Source: an uncultured Gammaproteobacteria bacterium
GTDB taxonomy: Bacteria > Patescibacteriota > Patescibacteriia > Buchananbacterales > UBA6539
DNA: 64,000 bases
Reading direction: 5' to 3'
NCBI GenBank assembly: GCA_964540635.1
Contig: CAZINP010000001.1
Coordinates: forward strand, 171,263 to 235,262
A program made the position numbers and the translations under genes. The notes below the pieces were generated by a model. That model saw nothing but the letters and a program-made list of their open reading frames with translations, ran no database searches and had not been told where the DNA came from. Positions 29,573-39,624 of the stretch are shown piece by piece (position 1 is the stretch's first letter; every line of letters begins with the position of its first letter).

Positions 29573-30922
29573 TCAAGTGTTTTTACGCTTATCTAATTTT
29601 CTTTGGATCTGTCTTTTTATATATTTTATCATTCTGTATCGAGAAATTTTATTTTTAGTTTGATTAGAAATTTGCGATATCTGTTTTAAGTAACTGATCA
29701 TATTATTATGTCCCAAGTCAGTAAATTTTGAATAGATTTTTCTTCTCGATACATAAGTTGATTTATCCACTGCCCTAAATACCTTTGACGAAATCATCTT
29801 ATTGAGCCTTCTTTTATACCTTGCCCAAGAAGATGGCCTTATATCTATTCTTTCACCATCAAAAATTAAACCAAGGTATTGCATATTAGATTTATTTAAA
29901 TTTATGTCATAGCAAACTAATTTTCCAGAGCTAAATCTAAACATTTTCTTATCTGTCTTTGATTGCTGCACTTCCAGATGTTGATTCTTTATTTGATTTT
30001 CTATTATTAAATTAACTTCATTTATTTTTTCAGCTTGCAAAGCTTCTACACTCGGTATTGCAATTAAAATATCATCACTGTATCTCCTGTATATACCTTG
30101 ATGAGATGCAGCATAATTCTTTAAACAAATATCAAAGTCTAACATGTAAAAATTTGAAATAACCGAGCTAATAGGTGATCCCTGAGGAATTCCTTTTCTT
30201 TTGTTGCTTTTAATTACTCCTTGATCTCTAACTTTATTCCTAAATTCGTTTGGATTACATAACCTTCCTTTGCTATTCTTGAATAATTTTTTTATTTGAT
30301 CATACTCAACATAAGAATATTTAGTAATGGATCGATATATTTTATAGTGATCGGGGGGCAATATATCTTCAGGATTATAAAGTAATTTTTTCCATTGATT
30401 TTTAATTAAGTTATGGTCTAAACTGTCAAAAAATTTTTCAATATCATAACAAATCACGATACAAGGCGAAATTGTTTTTATTAACTGAAAAACTTCGTTG
30501 GCAAAATCTATGTTTGATTTATTTAACTTACGATAAGCAATAATACTATCGTCTATCTTTAATTTATTAGCAAGAATTTCATATCTATAATTTAAATAAA
30601 AATTATACCAAGAATAAATTAATGAATCTTTATGTGATGCGTAATTAATAAGTCTTTCTTTTTTATCAATAATTCGTTGGTCAGTTGATTGTTTCCTTCT
30701 CCTTGTCTGCCTAACTGACCTAATAAATGGATAAAAAGAATGCCTGGCCACTTGACCAGGTTCAAAGATAAATTTTGTGTTTTCATTGTTTAATTCTTTT
30801 GCTCGAAAATCAAAATGTATGTACTTCCTTTTCAATCGTTCATATCCTCCGGTATGTATCTTCTTATTTTCTTGTTTAATCCATTCTTCTCTCAATTTTA
30901 AAATATTTAAACTCATAAACAT
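29573..30922 (-). CDS. Defence-associated reverse transcriptase, DRT2/UG2-like
   Basis: RT motifs DIEKFFD, GIPQGSPIS, YRRYSDD; N-terminal 'RKYIHFD', 'HSFYPFI', 'R.I.YASH.DS.IY' as I recall them for DRT2 RTs; AT-richer than its flanks. Confidence 0.85.
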   Translation of the reverse strand: MFMSLNILKLREEWIKQENKKIHTGGYERLKRKYIHFDFRAKELNNENTKFIFEPGQVARHSFYPFIRSVRQTRRRKQSTDQRIIDKKERLINYASHKDSLIYSWYNFYLNYRYEILANKLKIDDSIIAYRKLNKSNIDFANEVFQLIKTISPCIVICYDIEKFFDSLDHNLIKNQWKKLLYNPEDILPPDHYKIYRSITKYSYVEYDQIKKLFKNSKGRLCNPNEFRNKVRDQGVIKSNKRKGIPQGSPISSVISNFYMLDFDICLKNYAASHQGIYRRYSDDILIAIPSVEALQAEKINEVNLIIENQIKNQHLEVQQSKTDKKMFRFSSGKLVCYDINLNKSNMQYLGLIFDGERIDIRPSSWARYKRRLNKMISSKVFRAVDKSTYVSRRKIYSKFTDLGHNNMISYLKQISQISNQTKNKISRYRMIKYIKRQIQRKLDKRKNT

Positions 30923-30924
30923 CC

Positions 30925-31224
30925 CACACCCTTAACATTTTTGGCTCTGGCACCTTAATAACAATGTTAAGGGATCAAAAATTTTGCGTCTCCATAAGAG
31001 ATCGTCCAGATAAAATCGGAATAAATAAACAATGTTATTATGTTAATGTGTCTTATTCTTCTTGATTCATTATTGGCAGCTGTTTGCAGCGCCAATCTCC
31101 GTTTCAGGTTCAAAGCCTTGTTATCTGTCTCCTTAGAGGAAATAACGTTGACTTTAATTCTTAACATAATATCTTATGGACAATTCCATAAGCACCACAA
31201 GGGCAGTAATACTAAAGTATTACT
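30925..31224 (-). ncRNA. Putative DRT2 ncRNA (~300 nt) upstream of the RT
   Basis: Own promoter; perfect stems 31205-31224, 31173-31192, 31036-31046/31161-31171 and 30929-30939/30963-30973. Confidence 0.75.
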
Positions 31225-31229
31225 AGCAA

Positions 31230-31258
31230 AGCATACCATAATTAAATTGCTAAGTCAA
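31230..31258 (-). promoter_or_regulatory. Sigma70 promoter for the ncRNA-RT unit
   Basis: TTGACT-17-TATGCT with extended TG. Confidence 0.7.
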
Positions 31259-31325
31259 GCTAAAATTTCTAACATTATAACTTAAGTGGACATTTACAAA
31301 ATTTAGCAAAAAGATTGATGCTAAT

Positions 31326-31564
31326 TTTTTTATTTAGCCCCACGGGGAATTCCGCCTCGTCCTCGCTTCCGCTCGGACTTCGTTGCCCTGGGCAGCGCCA
31401 AAGCCTGCGCCAGCTCGGCTTTGTCGACGCTTGGCTTCATTCCTCGTCCCGCTGTGGCGGGACTCGGAACTTGCCTCGCTTCTGCCCGTTCGATTCCCCA
31501 CAGCCGAGATAAATAAAAAACCCTCGGTAAAACCGAGAGTTTTTTATTTAGCCCCACGGGGAAT
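31326..31564. repeat. Duplicated tRNA-Glu 3' end (25-bp direct repeat) enclosing a GC-rich palindromic element
   Basis: ttttttatttagccccacggggaat at 31326-31350 and 31540-31564. Confidence 0.85.
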
Positions 31565-31620
31565 CGAACCCCGATTACCACATTGAAAGCGTGGTGTCCT
31601 AGCCGTTAGACGATAGGGCC
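31549..31620 (-). tRNA. tRNA-Glu (TTC)
   Basis: GGCCCTA acceptor, ccacg-CTTTCAA-tgtgg anticodon arm, GGTTCGATTCCCC. Confidence 0.95.
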
Positions 31621-31747
31621 ATGAAAATAATAATAGGTAGCAAAAGTTTTTTACTACAGAAAAAATATTACCTTATTTTTGCCGTTTTGTCAATATCAAT
31701 CAAAAGACGAATTTCTTTAAAACCCCGGCCTTTGTTATAATTAAACC

Positions 31748-32788
31748 ATGAAAAAGAAATTTATTACATTATTACTTTTGTTGATCCTAAGCGGTTGTTC
31801 GCTGGGGCAAAAACCAAAAGTCAATCAACCGGATTTAACCAAAGAATCGGAGTGTTCCCAGTCAGCTGACTGTGAGCTGCCGGCTGAATTTGCCGTTCAA
31901 TCCAACTGCCCGTATCAGGCTTTTTGTGAAAACAAACAGTGCGTGGTTGCTTGTTTAATTCCTAAGAGCCTGGATGATTATTCTGAAAAATTATCTTGCC
32001 AGAAATCTTTGGACTGTTCTTGTGATAGCTGGGACCAAGAAAAGAAATTTCGCTGCGCCTGTTTAGACGGCAGCTGTGCCTCGGTGGTCAAGGATGGCAA
32101 TCAAGCCGTGATAGATCAAATTGAAATTCCCATTTTGATTTATCATCACATTGATTCTGATTTGCCGCCGGCCAATTCCGGCAGTTATACTTTTTATGTT
32201 TTGCCGACTGAGTTTGAAAAGCAAATGGCGTATCTTAAAGACAACGGTTTTCAAAGCGTTTCTATGTTTGAGTTGGCCCAGGCCTTTGCGGATAAATTTG
32301 TTTTGCCCCCAAAGCCGGTGATAATTACTTTTGACGACGGTTTGCCAAGTCAGTATCAAAACGCTTTGCCGGTTTTGGAAAAGTATAATTTGAGTGCGAC
32401 TTTTTATATTTTTGCCAACCCGATTGGCAAGAGCAAAAATTATTTGGATTGGGATCAGGTCAGGGAGCTTGAGGCAAAAGGCATGGAAATCGGTTCGCAT
32501 GGTTGGTATCATCAATATTTCAGTCGGCAAAATTTAGCGGACTTAAAACGAGAGATTTTTAGCAGTAAGGAAAAAATTGAAACAGAGTTGGGTAAAGAGA
32601 TTTATACTATTTCTTATCCGTTCGGCGACAAGGACGCCACGTCAACACAAATGATAAAATCAGCGGGCTATACTTCGGCGCGCGATATTGTAAACGGCAA
32701 AATCCAAACCAAAGATGATTTGTATAAGCTTAGGGGATATTTTATCACTAATGATTTTGCAAGATTTATTTCAATTCTAAATAATTAA
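31748..32788 (+). CDS. Polysaccharide deacetylase lipoprotein with Cys-rich N-terminal repeats
   Basis: LSGC lipobox; PILIYH, ITFDDG, IGSHG.YH, SYPFG. Confidence 0.9.
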   Translation: MKKKFITLLLLLILSGCSLGQKPKVNQPDLTKESECSQSADCELPAEFAVQSNCPYQAFCENKQCVVACLIPKSLDDYSEKLSCQKSLDCSCDSWDQEKKFRCACLDGSCASVVKDGNQAVIDQIEIPILIYHHIDSDLPPANSGSYTFYVLPTEFEKQMAYLKDNGFQSVSMFELAQAFADKFVLPPKPVIITFDDGLPSQYQNALPVLEKYNLSATFYIFANPIGKSKNYLDWDQVRELEAKGMEIGSHGWYHQYFSRQNLADLKREIFSSKEKIETELGKEIYTISYPFGDKDATSTQMIKSAGYTSARDIVNGKIQTKDDLYKLRGYFITNDFARFISILNN

Positions 32789-32828
32789 AAAGATCAGAAA
32801 ACTTCTGATCCAAAACGGCCATTGGCCG

Positions 32829-33056
32829 TTATTTTTTTACGACTACCGCAAGCCTTTTTGTCCTTTCGGAAAAGGAAACAAGGGAAAGCTTTGGCATAAA
32901 ACTTTTTGGCACCGGTTTTCCGGTGAGTTGGTTGTAGGCATCGGCCGCGTAATAAATCAGGCGCTGCGGCACGCTTTTAATTGAGACTTCGCCCAAGTCT
33001 TTAATGCAAACGGTGATTTGGTCACCGATTACAACATCATTTAGTCTGTCTGCCAT
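32829..33056 (-). CDS. Small orphan protein
   Basis: GAGGAG SD, TTGACA promoter upstream. Confidence 0.6.
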   Translation of the reverse strand: MADRLNDVVIGDQITVCIKDLGEVSIKSVPQRLIYYAADAYNQLTGKPVPKSFMPKLSLVSFSERTKRLAVVVKK

Positions 33057-33170
33057 CGTCGTAATTTCTCCTCTTGGTTTTGGGTTAAGCCCGGCAACCC
33101 TAGATATTATGATATAATCGTTTTTTTGTCAATATAAAAAATTCGCGCCCTTGGCGCGAATTTTATTATT

Positions 33171-33896
33171 CTATCTGATTATTACTTCAGCAAAATACGG
33201 TTCGGTGATTTTTTTGGCTTGCGCGATTTGATCCGGAGTGGGAGGTGAAATTTTTTCCAATTCATATTCTTTGCCAAGCTCTTTGAATTTATACACCCCG
33301 AAAGTGTGATAGGGCAGAATTTCCATCCTTTTAACATTTCCGTAATCTTTAAAGTGCTGACCAAGTTTTTCCAGAAATTCCGGTTGGTCGGTATAGCCCG
33401 GCACTAAAACATACCTAAGCCAAATCGGCTTATTTATATCTTTAAGATACTGGGCAAAGGCGAGGGGGGCGTCGTTTTTTTGACCGGTAATTTTTTCGTG
33501 CCAAATCGGATCAATATGTTTGATGTCCAGTAAAATCAAATCAACAAATTCAAGCAATTCTTTTACGGCCGGAGTAAGGATTGAACCGTTTGTATCCAGA
33601 GCAATGTTAAATCCTCTTTCTTTTATTTTTTGGCAGATGATTTTTAAATCTTCTGCTTGCATCAAAGGTTCTCCGCCGGAAAAAGTTACGCCGCCTTCAT
33701 TTTTGTAATAAGGTTTTGAGTTTTCAATGAGACGAAGCAATTCTTCGTCAGGGGTTTCTTTGCCACCTTCAAGATTTTGCGTATCAACATTATGGCAGTA
33801 AAGGCAACGATAATTGCAACCCTGTAGAAAAACGACAAATCTGATTCCCGGCCCTTCGTGGGTTCCCAAAGATTCAATTGAATGGATTTTTAACAT
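33171..33896 (-). CDS. pflA: Pyruvate formate-lyase activating enzyme (radical SAM)
   Basis: GPGIRFVVFLQGC..RC.YCHN; adjacent to pflB. Confidence 0.94.
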   Translation of the reverse strand: MLKIHSIESLGTHEGPGIRFVVFLQGCNYRCLYCHNVDTQNLEGGKETPDEELLRLIENSKPYYKNEGGVTFSGGEPLMQAEDLKIICQKIKERGFNIALDTNGSILTPAVKELLEFVDLILLDIKHIDPIWHEKITGQKNDAPLAFAQYLKDINKPIWLRYVLVPGYTDQPEFLEKLGQHFKDYGNVKRMEILPYHTFGVYKFKELGKEYELEKISPPTPDQIAQAKKITEPYFAEVIIR

Positions 33897-33916
33897 GAGA
33901 CTTTTAGTGTTGGGAT

Positions 33917-36145
33917 TTAGATTTTTTCAAAGAAAGTTCTGGCTAAAACTTCTTTTTGCTGTTCGGGGGTAAGCTTGATGAAGTTAACGGCATAACCGGA
34001 AACGCGAATGGTCAGCTGCGGATAATTTTGCGGATTTTTCATGGCATCAAGCAAAGTCTCTTTGTTTAAGACATTAACATTTAAGTGATGTGCGCCTTTG
34101 CCAAAATATCCATCCAGGATTGAAACCAAATTTCCGACTTTCTCTTCTTCGGTCGCGCCCAAGGCCGGACCGACAATGGAAAAAGTGTTTGAGATGCCGT
34201 CTTTGGCGTATTCATATTCAAGTTTGGCCACAGAATTAAGAGAGGAAATCGCGCCGGAAGTGTCGCGGCCGTGCATTGGGTTGGCGCCGGGCGCAAACGG
34301 TTCACCAGCCTTTCGGCCGTCCGGAGTAGCGCCGGTTTTTTTGCCGTAAACCACATTGGAAGTAATGGTCAAAACCGACAAAGTTGGCGCTGCGTCCCTG
34401 TAAATTTTGTGCTTATTCAATTCTGTATTGAAAGCCATAACAATTTCTTTGGCAATTGAGTCAACGCGATCATCATCGTTGCCGTATTTGGGATAATCGC
34501 CTTCAATTTTATAATCAACGGCAATGCCTCTCTCGTCTCTTATGGGAGTTACCTTGGCGTATTTGATTGCCGAGAGTGAATCGGTAACAACTGACAAGCC
34601 GGCAATACCAAAAGCCATCACTCTTTCAACGTCGGTGTCTAACAGCGACATCTGCGCTCTTTCGTAATAATATTTGTCGTGCATATAATGGATGACGTTC
34701 ATGGCATTAACATAATTTTGAGCCACATATTCCATTGCTTTTTTGTAGCTTGATAAAACTTTTTCATAATCAAGCGCGCCGTCCATTTTTTCAATTCCGT
34801 CAACGATTTTGGTATCAGACATTTCATCAAATCCGCCGTTAATGGCGATTAAAAGAGTTTTGGCCAAATTGCATCTGGCGCCAAAGAATTGCATTTGTTT
34901 TCCGGTCTTGAGCAAAGAGACGCAGCAGGAAATGCCGTAATCATCCGAGCAAAAAACTTTGCGCATCAAATCGTCGTTTTCATATTGAATTGATGAAGTT
35001 TCAATGCTGGTTTTGGTGCAAAATTCTTTAAACGGCTTTGGCAATTTGTCCGACCATAAAACCGTAAGGTTTGGTTCGGGTGAGGGGCCGAGATTTTTTA
35101 AAGTATGCAAAAAGCGATAAGTGGTTTTGCAAACTTTATGCTCGCCGTTTTCCCACATGCCTCCCACTGATTCGGTTAACCAAGTCGGGTCGCCGGCAAA
35201 AAGCTGATTGTATTCATTCATGCGCAAATGTCTGACCAAACGCAATTTAATTACAAATTGATCAATGATTTCTTGGGCTTGTTCTTCGGTTAATGCACCA
35301 GACTCCAAATCTCTTTCAAAATAAACATCAAAGAAATTGCTGACATTGCCTAACGACATGGCTGCACCATCGTGTTCTTTGAGCGCGGCCAAGTAACCAA
35401 AATAAGTCCACTGCACCGCTTCTTTGGCGTTTTGGGCGGGCTGAGAAATGTCAAAACCATAGCTGGCCGCCATTTCCTTAATCATTTTCAAGGCTTTAAT
35501 TTGCTCGCTGATTTCTTCTCTGAGCTGAATCAAATCATTAGTCATGGCGCCGACAAAGCGGGTTTTATCTTCTTCTTTTGATTTAATTAATTTATCAATG
35601 CCGTAAAGCGCCACGCGGCGATAGTCGCCGATAATGCGGCCGCGTGCGTAGGCATCGGGCAAACCGGTAATAACGCCGGTTGATCTTAATTTCCTTATTT
35701 GTTCATCGTAAGCATCAAATACGCCGTCGTTGTGGGTTTTTCGGTATTGCGTGCAAATTTTTACAACTTCATCGTCAACTTTGTAGCCGTTTTCTTCGCA
35801 GGCTTTTTCAACCACGCGAATACCGCCAAACGGCTTAATGCCTCTTTTGAGCGGTTTGTCAGTTTGAAGTCCAAAAATTACTTCCAAATCTTTTTTAATA
35901 TAACCGGCTTTGTGGCTGGTAATGGTGGAAATATTTTTGGTATCAATATCAAGCACGCCGCCATTTTTGATTTCCTTGGCCATTAGCTTGGTACATTCAG
36001 TCCAAAGTTTTTTGGTCCTGGGTGTTGCGGGAACCAAAAAATCAGGCTGATTGTCGTATTTGGTTCGATTATTAAAGACAAAGTCTCTTACATCTATTTC
36101 TTTTTGCCACTTACCGGCATTGAATTCTTTCTGATTTGAAGTCAT
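33917..36145 (-). CDS. pflB: Formate C-acetyltransferase (pyruvate formate-lyase)
   Basis: [14 protein letters not shown], glycyl-radical RVSGYAV. Confidence 0.96.
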   Translation of the reverse strand: MTSNQKEFNAGKWQKEIDVRDFVFNNRTKYDNQPDFLVPATPRTKKLWTECTKLMAKEIKNGGVLDIDTKNISTITSHKAGYIKKDLEVIFGLQTDKPLKRGIKPFGGIRVVEKACEENGYKVDDEVVKICTQYRKTHNDGVFDAYDEQIRKLRSTGVITGLPDAYARGRIIGDYRRVALYGIDKLIKSKEEDKTRFVGAMTNDLIQLREEISEQIKALKMIKEMAASYGFDISQPAQNAKEAVQWTYFGYLAALKEHDGAAMSLGNVSNFFDVYFERDLESGALTEEQAQEIIDQFVIKLRLVRHLRMNEYNQLFAGDPTWLTESVGGMWENGEHKVCKTTYRFLHTLKNLGPSPEPNLTVLWSDKLPKPFKEFCTKTSIETSSIQYENDDLMRKVFCSDDYGISCCVSLLKTGKQMQFFGARCNLAKTLLIAINGGFDEMSDTKIVDGIEKMDGALDYEKVLSSYKKAMEYVAQNYVNAMNVIHYMHDKYYYERAQMSLLDTDVERVMAFGIAGLSVVTDSLSAIKYAKVTPIRDERGIAVDYKIEGDYPKYGNDDDRVDSIAKEIVMAFNTELNKHKIYRDAAPTLSVLTITSNVVYGKKTGATPDGRKAGEPFAPGANPMHGRDTSGAISSLNSVAKLEYEYAKDGISNTFSIVGPALGATEEEKVGNLVSILDGYFGKGAHHLNVNVLNKETLLDAMKNPQNYPQLTIRVSGYAVNFIKLTPEQQKEVLARTFFEKI

Positions 36146-36296
36146 ATTTTTTAAAATTATTATTAACTAGTAAATTATTATAACCCTTTTTCTTGAATAA
36201 ATCAAGTTTGTTATTTTTTATGATAAATCGTGTTCGGGTTAGTCAGTTGAGTTTAAATTTGGTAAAATTAAAGAATAAAACATATTTAGCATTTTT

Positions 36297-37661
36297 ATGA
36301 AAATTTCTTTCCATGGCGCGGCCCAGGAAGTAACCGGTTCGTGCACTTTACTTGAAACCGAAAAGAGCAAATTTGTCGTTGATTGCGGCGTGTTTCAAGG
36401 CAAAGAGTTTTTTGATACCAGAAATTTGGATAAGTTTAAATTTGACGCCTCGGCCGTTGATTTTGTTTTATTAACTCATGCTCACTTGGATCATTGCGGA
36501 CGCATACCCAAACTTTTTAAGGAGGGCTTTTCGGGAAAAGTTTATTGCACTCCGCCGACGCGTGATTTTGCCGAAATTATGCTTTTGGATTCGGCCAGGG
36601 TGATTGCCGAAGAGGCTTACGCCATGGGCAAGGAACCGCTTTATTCCGAAGAAGATGTTCATCAGATCATAGCTAATTTTGAAGCGATTGATTATGATAA
36701 AAAGTTTAATCCAACCTCAGAGATAAGCGTAACTTTTCGCGACGCCGGTCATATTTTGGGTTCGGCCATGATTGAGGTTGAATTGAAAGAAAACAAAAAA
36801 AATAAAAAGTTATTGTTTACCGGCGATATGGGCAATCCGCCCGCGCCCATTGTGCGCGACCCTCAAACCGAGACTGGCGCTGACTTTGTTTTTATTGAAT
36901 CTACTTATGGCGGTATTGTCCACGAACCCGGGGAGGAAAGAATTGAAAAATTAAAAAAGGCGGTTTTGGATTCAGTTGGCCGCGGCGGCGTTTTGATGAT
37001 CCCGGCCTTTTCTTTGGAAAGAACGCAAGAGGTTTTGTACGAATTGAATTTTTTGGTTGAAAACGGCAAATTACCTTTGGTCCCAATTTTTTTGGATAGC
37101 CCTTTGGCAATCAGAGCCATTGAGGTTTATCAAAAACACAGCAAGTATTTTGATGCCGAAGCAAAAAGATTGATGGGTCAAGGCGATAATTTGTTTCGTT
37201 TCCAAGGCCTGACTTACACGCCCAGCAGCTTAGAGTCAAAAAGAATAAATGAAATCAAACCGCCGAAAGTGATTATTGCCGGCAGCGGCATGTGCAATGG
37301 CGGCCGGATGCCGCATCACTTAAAACGCTATTTGGACAGCGCCAATAACACTCTTTTGATAATTTCTTATCAGGCTGCCGGTTCATTGGGCCGTGAAATT
37401 TTAGATGGTGTTGATAGTGTGATAATTGATGACAAGAGAATTAAAGTTAAAGCCAGAGTAATTGCGATTGGCGCTTATTCATCGCACGCGGACAAACCAA
37501 AGCTTTTGGCCTGGGCCAAAGAAATTACTTCGCCCAGACCGCAAAAGTTTTTTGTTGTTCATGGTGAAAAAGAAAATAACAAAGCCCTAGCCCTGGCTTT
37601 GGAAAAAGAAACAAAAGCATCTGTTGAAATTGCTTCGTATAAAAAAATCTACGAAATATAA
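36297..37661 (+). CDS. Beta-CASP metallo-beta-lactamase-fold hydrolase
   Basis: THAHLDHCG, AGHILGS, ESTYG, SSHAD, VHGE. Confidence 0.9.
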   Translation: MKISFHGAAQEVTGSCTLLETEKSKFVVDCGVFQGKEFFDTRNLDKFKFDASAVDFVLLTHAHLDHCGRIPKLFKEGFSGKVYCTPPTRDFAEIMLLDSARVIAEEAYAMGKEPLYSEEDVHQIIANFEAIDYDKKFNPTSEISVTFRDAGHILGSAMIEVELKENKKNKKLLFTGDMGNPPAPIVRDPQTETGADFVFIESTYGGIVHEPGEERIEKLKKAVLDSVGRGGVLMIPAFSLERTQEVLYELNFLVENGKLPLVPIFLDSPLAIRAIEVYQKHSKYFDAEAKRLMGQGDNLFRFQGLTYTPSSLESKRINEIKPPKVIIAGSGMCNGGRMPHHLKRYLDSANNTLLIISYQAAGSLGREILDGVDSVIIDDKRIKVKARVIAIGAYSSHADKPKLLAWAKEITSPRPQKFFVVHGEKENNKALALALEKETKASVEIASYKKIYEI

Positions 37662-37715
37662 TCTTAATATCTTAATAAAAAAATCCCGCCACTCGGCGGG
37701 ATTTTTTATATAAAA

Positions 37716-38432
37716 TTATTTGCTTTTCAGCCAAGCTTCAAAATCGCGGCTTGGTTTTGCCCCCCAGCGCTTATTAAACCATTCTTCGACCAATTCGCTT
37801 TCATTCATTCTCAAGACAGGTTTTTCAAAGGCTCTTAAGCGATATATCAGATGGTCTTGTTTTTCTTCGCCTTCTGTGTTTTGGGCCAATATCGCTCTTT
37901 CTACCCTTTCTTCACCCAAAAGCGGTCCATATTTTTCAATTATTTTTTTCTCTTCTTCGCGTCCGTTTTCAAGCCAATTTTTTAAAGGTGTTTTTGGCAC
38001 TTCGCCCGTTCTTAAAACCCATTCATATTTTTCCCATAAGCTTCTGACCTCACTGGCACAAGCAATTTCTAATGATCTTTGATATTCAGCATATTTTTCC
38101 GGACTTGTTTGAACATCAGAGATGGCCGCCGCTTTGGCCAAATTTGTTTTTGGATCGTCCCACGAGTCATTTTCTTTAAAGCCGCTGTTTGGTTGTCTTA
38201 TCCCTTCATTGAATTTGCCGGTAAATTCATTTAACTTCTCAACATCAATTTCCCCTTTTTCATTGTGATAAAAGTCGGGCGGATATTGAGTATAGATTTC
38301 TTCGTAGATTTTAAGAATTGTTTGTTTTTGTTCAGCTGGTACGTTTTCGATCTCTCGGCGTAAATCCCGCTTGCCTTCCGTTTCGATTTCCATAGATGGT
38401 TCTTTGGGCCCCCCAAAAAATCTATCTCCCAT
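37716..38432 (-). CDS. Hypothetical protein
   Basis: 238-aa ORF followed by a terminator. Confidence 0.7.
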   Translation of the reverse strand: MGDRFFGGPKEPSMEIETEGKRDLRREIENVPAEQKQTILKIYEEIYTQYPPDFYHNEKGEIDVEKLNEFTGKFNEGIRQPNSGFKENDSWDDPKTNLAKAAAISDVQTSPEKYAEYQRSLEIACASEVRSLWEKYEWVLRTGEVPKTPLKNWLENGREEEKKIIEKYGPLLGEERVERAILAQNTEGEEKQDHLIYRLRAFEKPVLRMNESELVEEWFNKRWGAKPSRDFEAWLKSK

Positions 38433-38551
38433 ATTTTTTTAAGTTATTATTAAAGGGTTTAATCCTTTAGCTATTATATTACAAATTGGCTTGTTTTTAA
38501 AGATTTAAAAAAATCCCGCCGGGTGGCGGGATTTTTTATTGAAAAGTTTGA

Positions 38552-38836
38552 TTACAAGATTGAATCCTTGGCGGCTTTAGCGACGCGGAATTTAACCACG
38601 GTTTTAGCCGGGATTTTAATCTGTTCACCGGTAGCCGGATTGCGGCCCATTCTGGCGGCGCGAGCTTTCTTGATTAATTTGCCCAAACCAGGAACAGTGA
38701 ATTCACCGTTCTTTTTGGTTTCATCGTAGGCCATTTCCACCATTGCTTCTAATAAGCCGGTGACATCTTTTTTGCTTAAACCGCTCTTATCAGCTAAGCC
38801 GCTGATAATCTGCGATTTGGTCAAACCTTTTGCCAT
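38552..38836 (-). CDS. hup: HU family DNA-binding protein
   Basis: ARMGRNPATGEQIKIPAK..VKF. Confidence 0.92.
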   Translation of the reverse strand: MAKGLTKSQIISGLADKSGLSKKDVTGLLEAMVEMAYDETKKNGEFTVPGLGKLIKKARAARMGRNPATGEQIKIPAKTVVKFRVAKAAKDSIL

Positions 38837-39081
38837 AAGTTCAAATTATTAATAATTATTAGCAATTACTTATAAATAATACCAAATTTGGAAACGATTA
38901 ACAATAGAAAATAGGGGAAAACCCTTATATTTATTGGTTTAATTAAAGGTTAAATAAAATATTATTAAATAATTTGGCTAAAATTAGTTAAAATTTACAA
39001 TTTACGCTGGGTTGTCAAATGATGTCAAAATGTTATAATTTAATGAGAAAAATTAACATTTTTTTGAATTAAAATTAAAAT

Positions 39082-39618
39082 ATGTCTATTGCATCTGAGT
39101 TTTCAAATAGAGAAATTAGACCCGTAAGAGACGGGAAAGATCCAATGGGAAATGGCGACCACGATGGAATTGAAACGGTTTTTGTTGGTGAGCCGGGGCT
39201 GGATCAGCACTTGGCGGCTGAGGGTAAGTCTGGTCATAATCAATATGAAGTTGATAGAATCAGTCCCAATGATATGAATAAAGAAAATCCTTTGGGCGCT
39301 TTGGCTTCAGGGGGGTCATTCAATCGTCAAGAGGAAATTAAAACCATGCGCGAGATAGTTACTAGGCTTTCGGCTGAGGGTGGGGCAGACCAGATAATGG
39401 AAGTAAAGAATATTTCTGATTTGGATATTGAGGGTGAAAAGTTTACCATTACCGAATCAAATCAAGATGAGGTTAAAAAGATTTTGGTTGATCGTGGTTA
39501 TGAAATTGTTGATTTGGTTCACGATAACCCAGGTTTGGGGTTCAGGGCAAAAAAAGTTTTGATTGAAGACGGCAGCTCTGATTTGGATTTGGTTTTTTTG
39601 ATTAGCAAAGAAAAATAA
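39082..39618 (+). CDS. Hypothetical acidic protein
   Basis: 178-aa ORF heading the tsaDE operon. Confidence 0.65.
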   Translation: MSIASEFSNREIRPVRDGKDPMGNGDHDGIETVFVGEPGLDQHLAAEGKSGHNQYEVDRISPNDMNKENPLGALASGGSFNRQEEIKTMREIVTRLSAEGGADQIMEVKNISDLDIEGEKFTITESNQDEVKKILVDRGYEIVDLVHDNPGLGFRAKKVLIEDGSSDLDLVFLISKEK

Positions 39619-39624
39619 TTTTTT

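Noticed and set aside
29573-30922. RT as a group II intron, DGR or retron
   Set aside because: No intron domain V/VI, no TR/VR pair or avd gene, and no retron VTG motif; the N-terminal motifs fit DRT2
31040-31285. 81-aa ORF as an ordinary chromosomal gene
   Set aside because: It overlaps the ncRNA and its promoter, and its -10/-35 are in reversed order; better explained as the neo-like frame
31315-31586. Short ORFs over the tRNA-Glu flank
   Set aside because: They overlap the tRNA or the GC-rich palindrome and have no coding features
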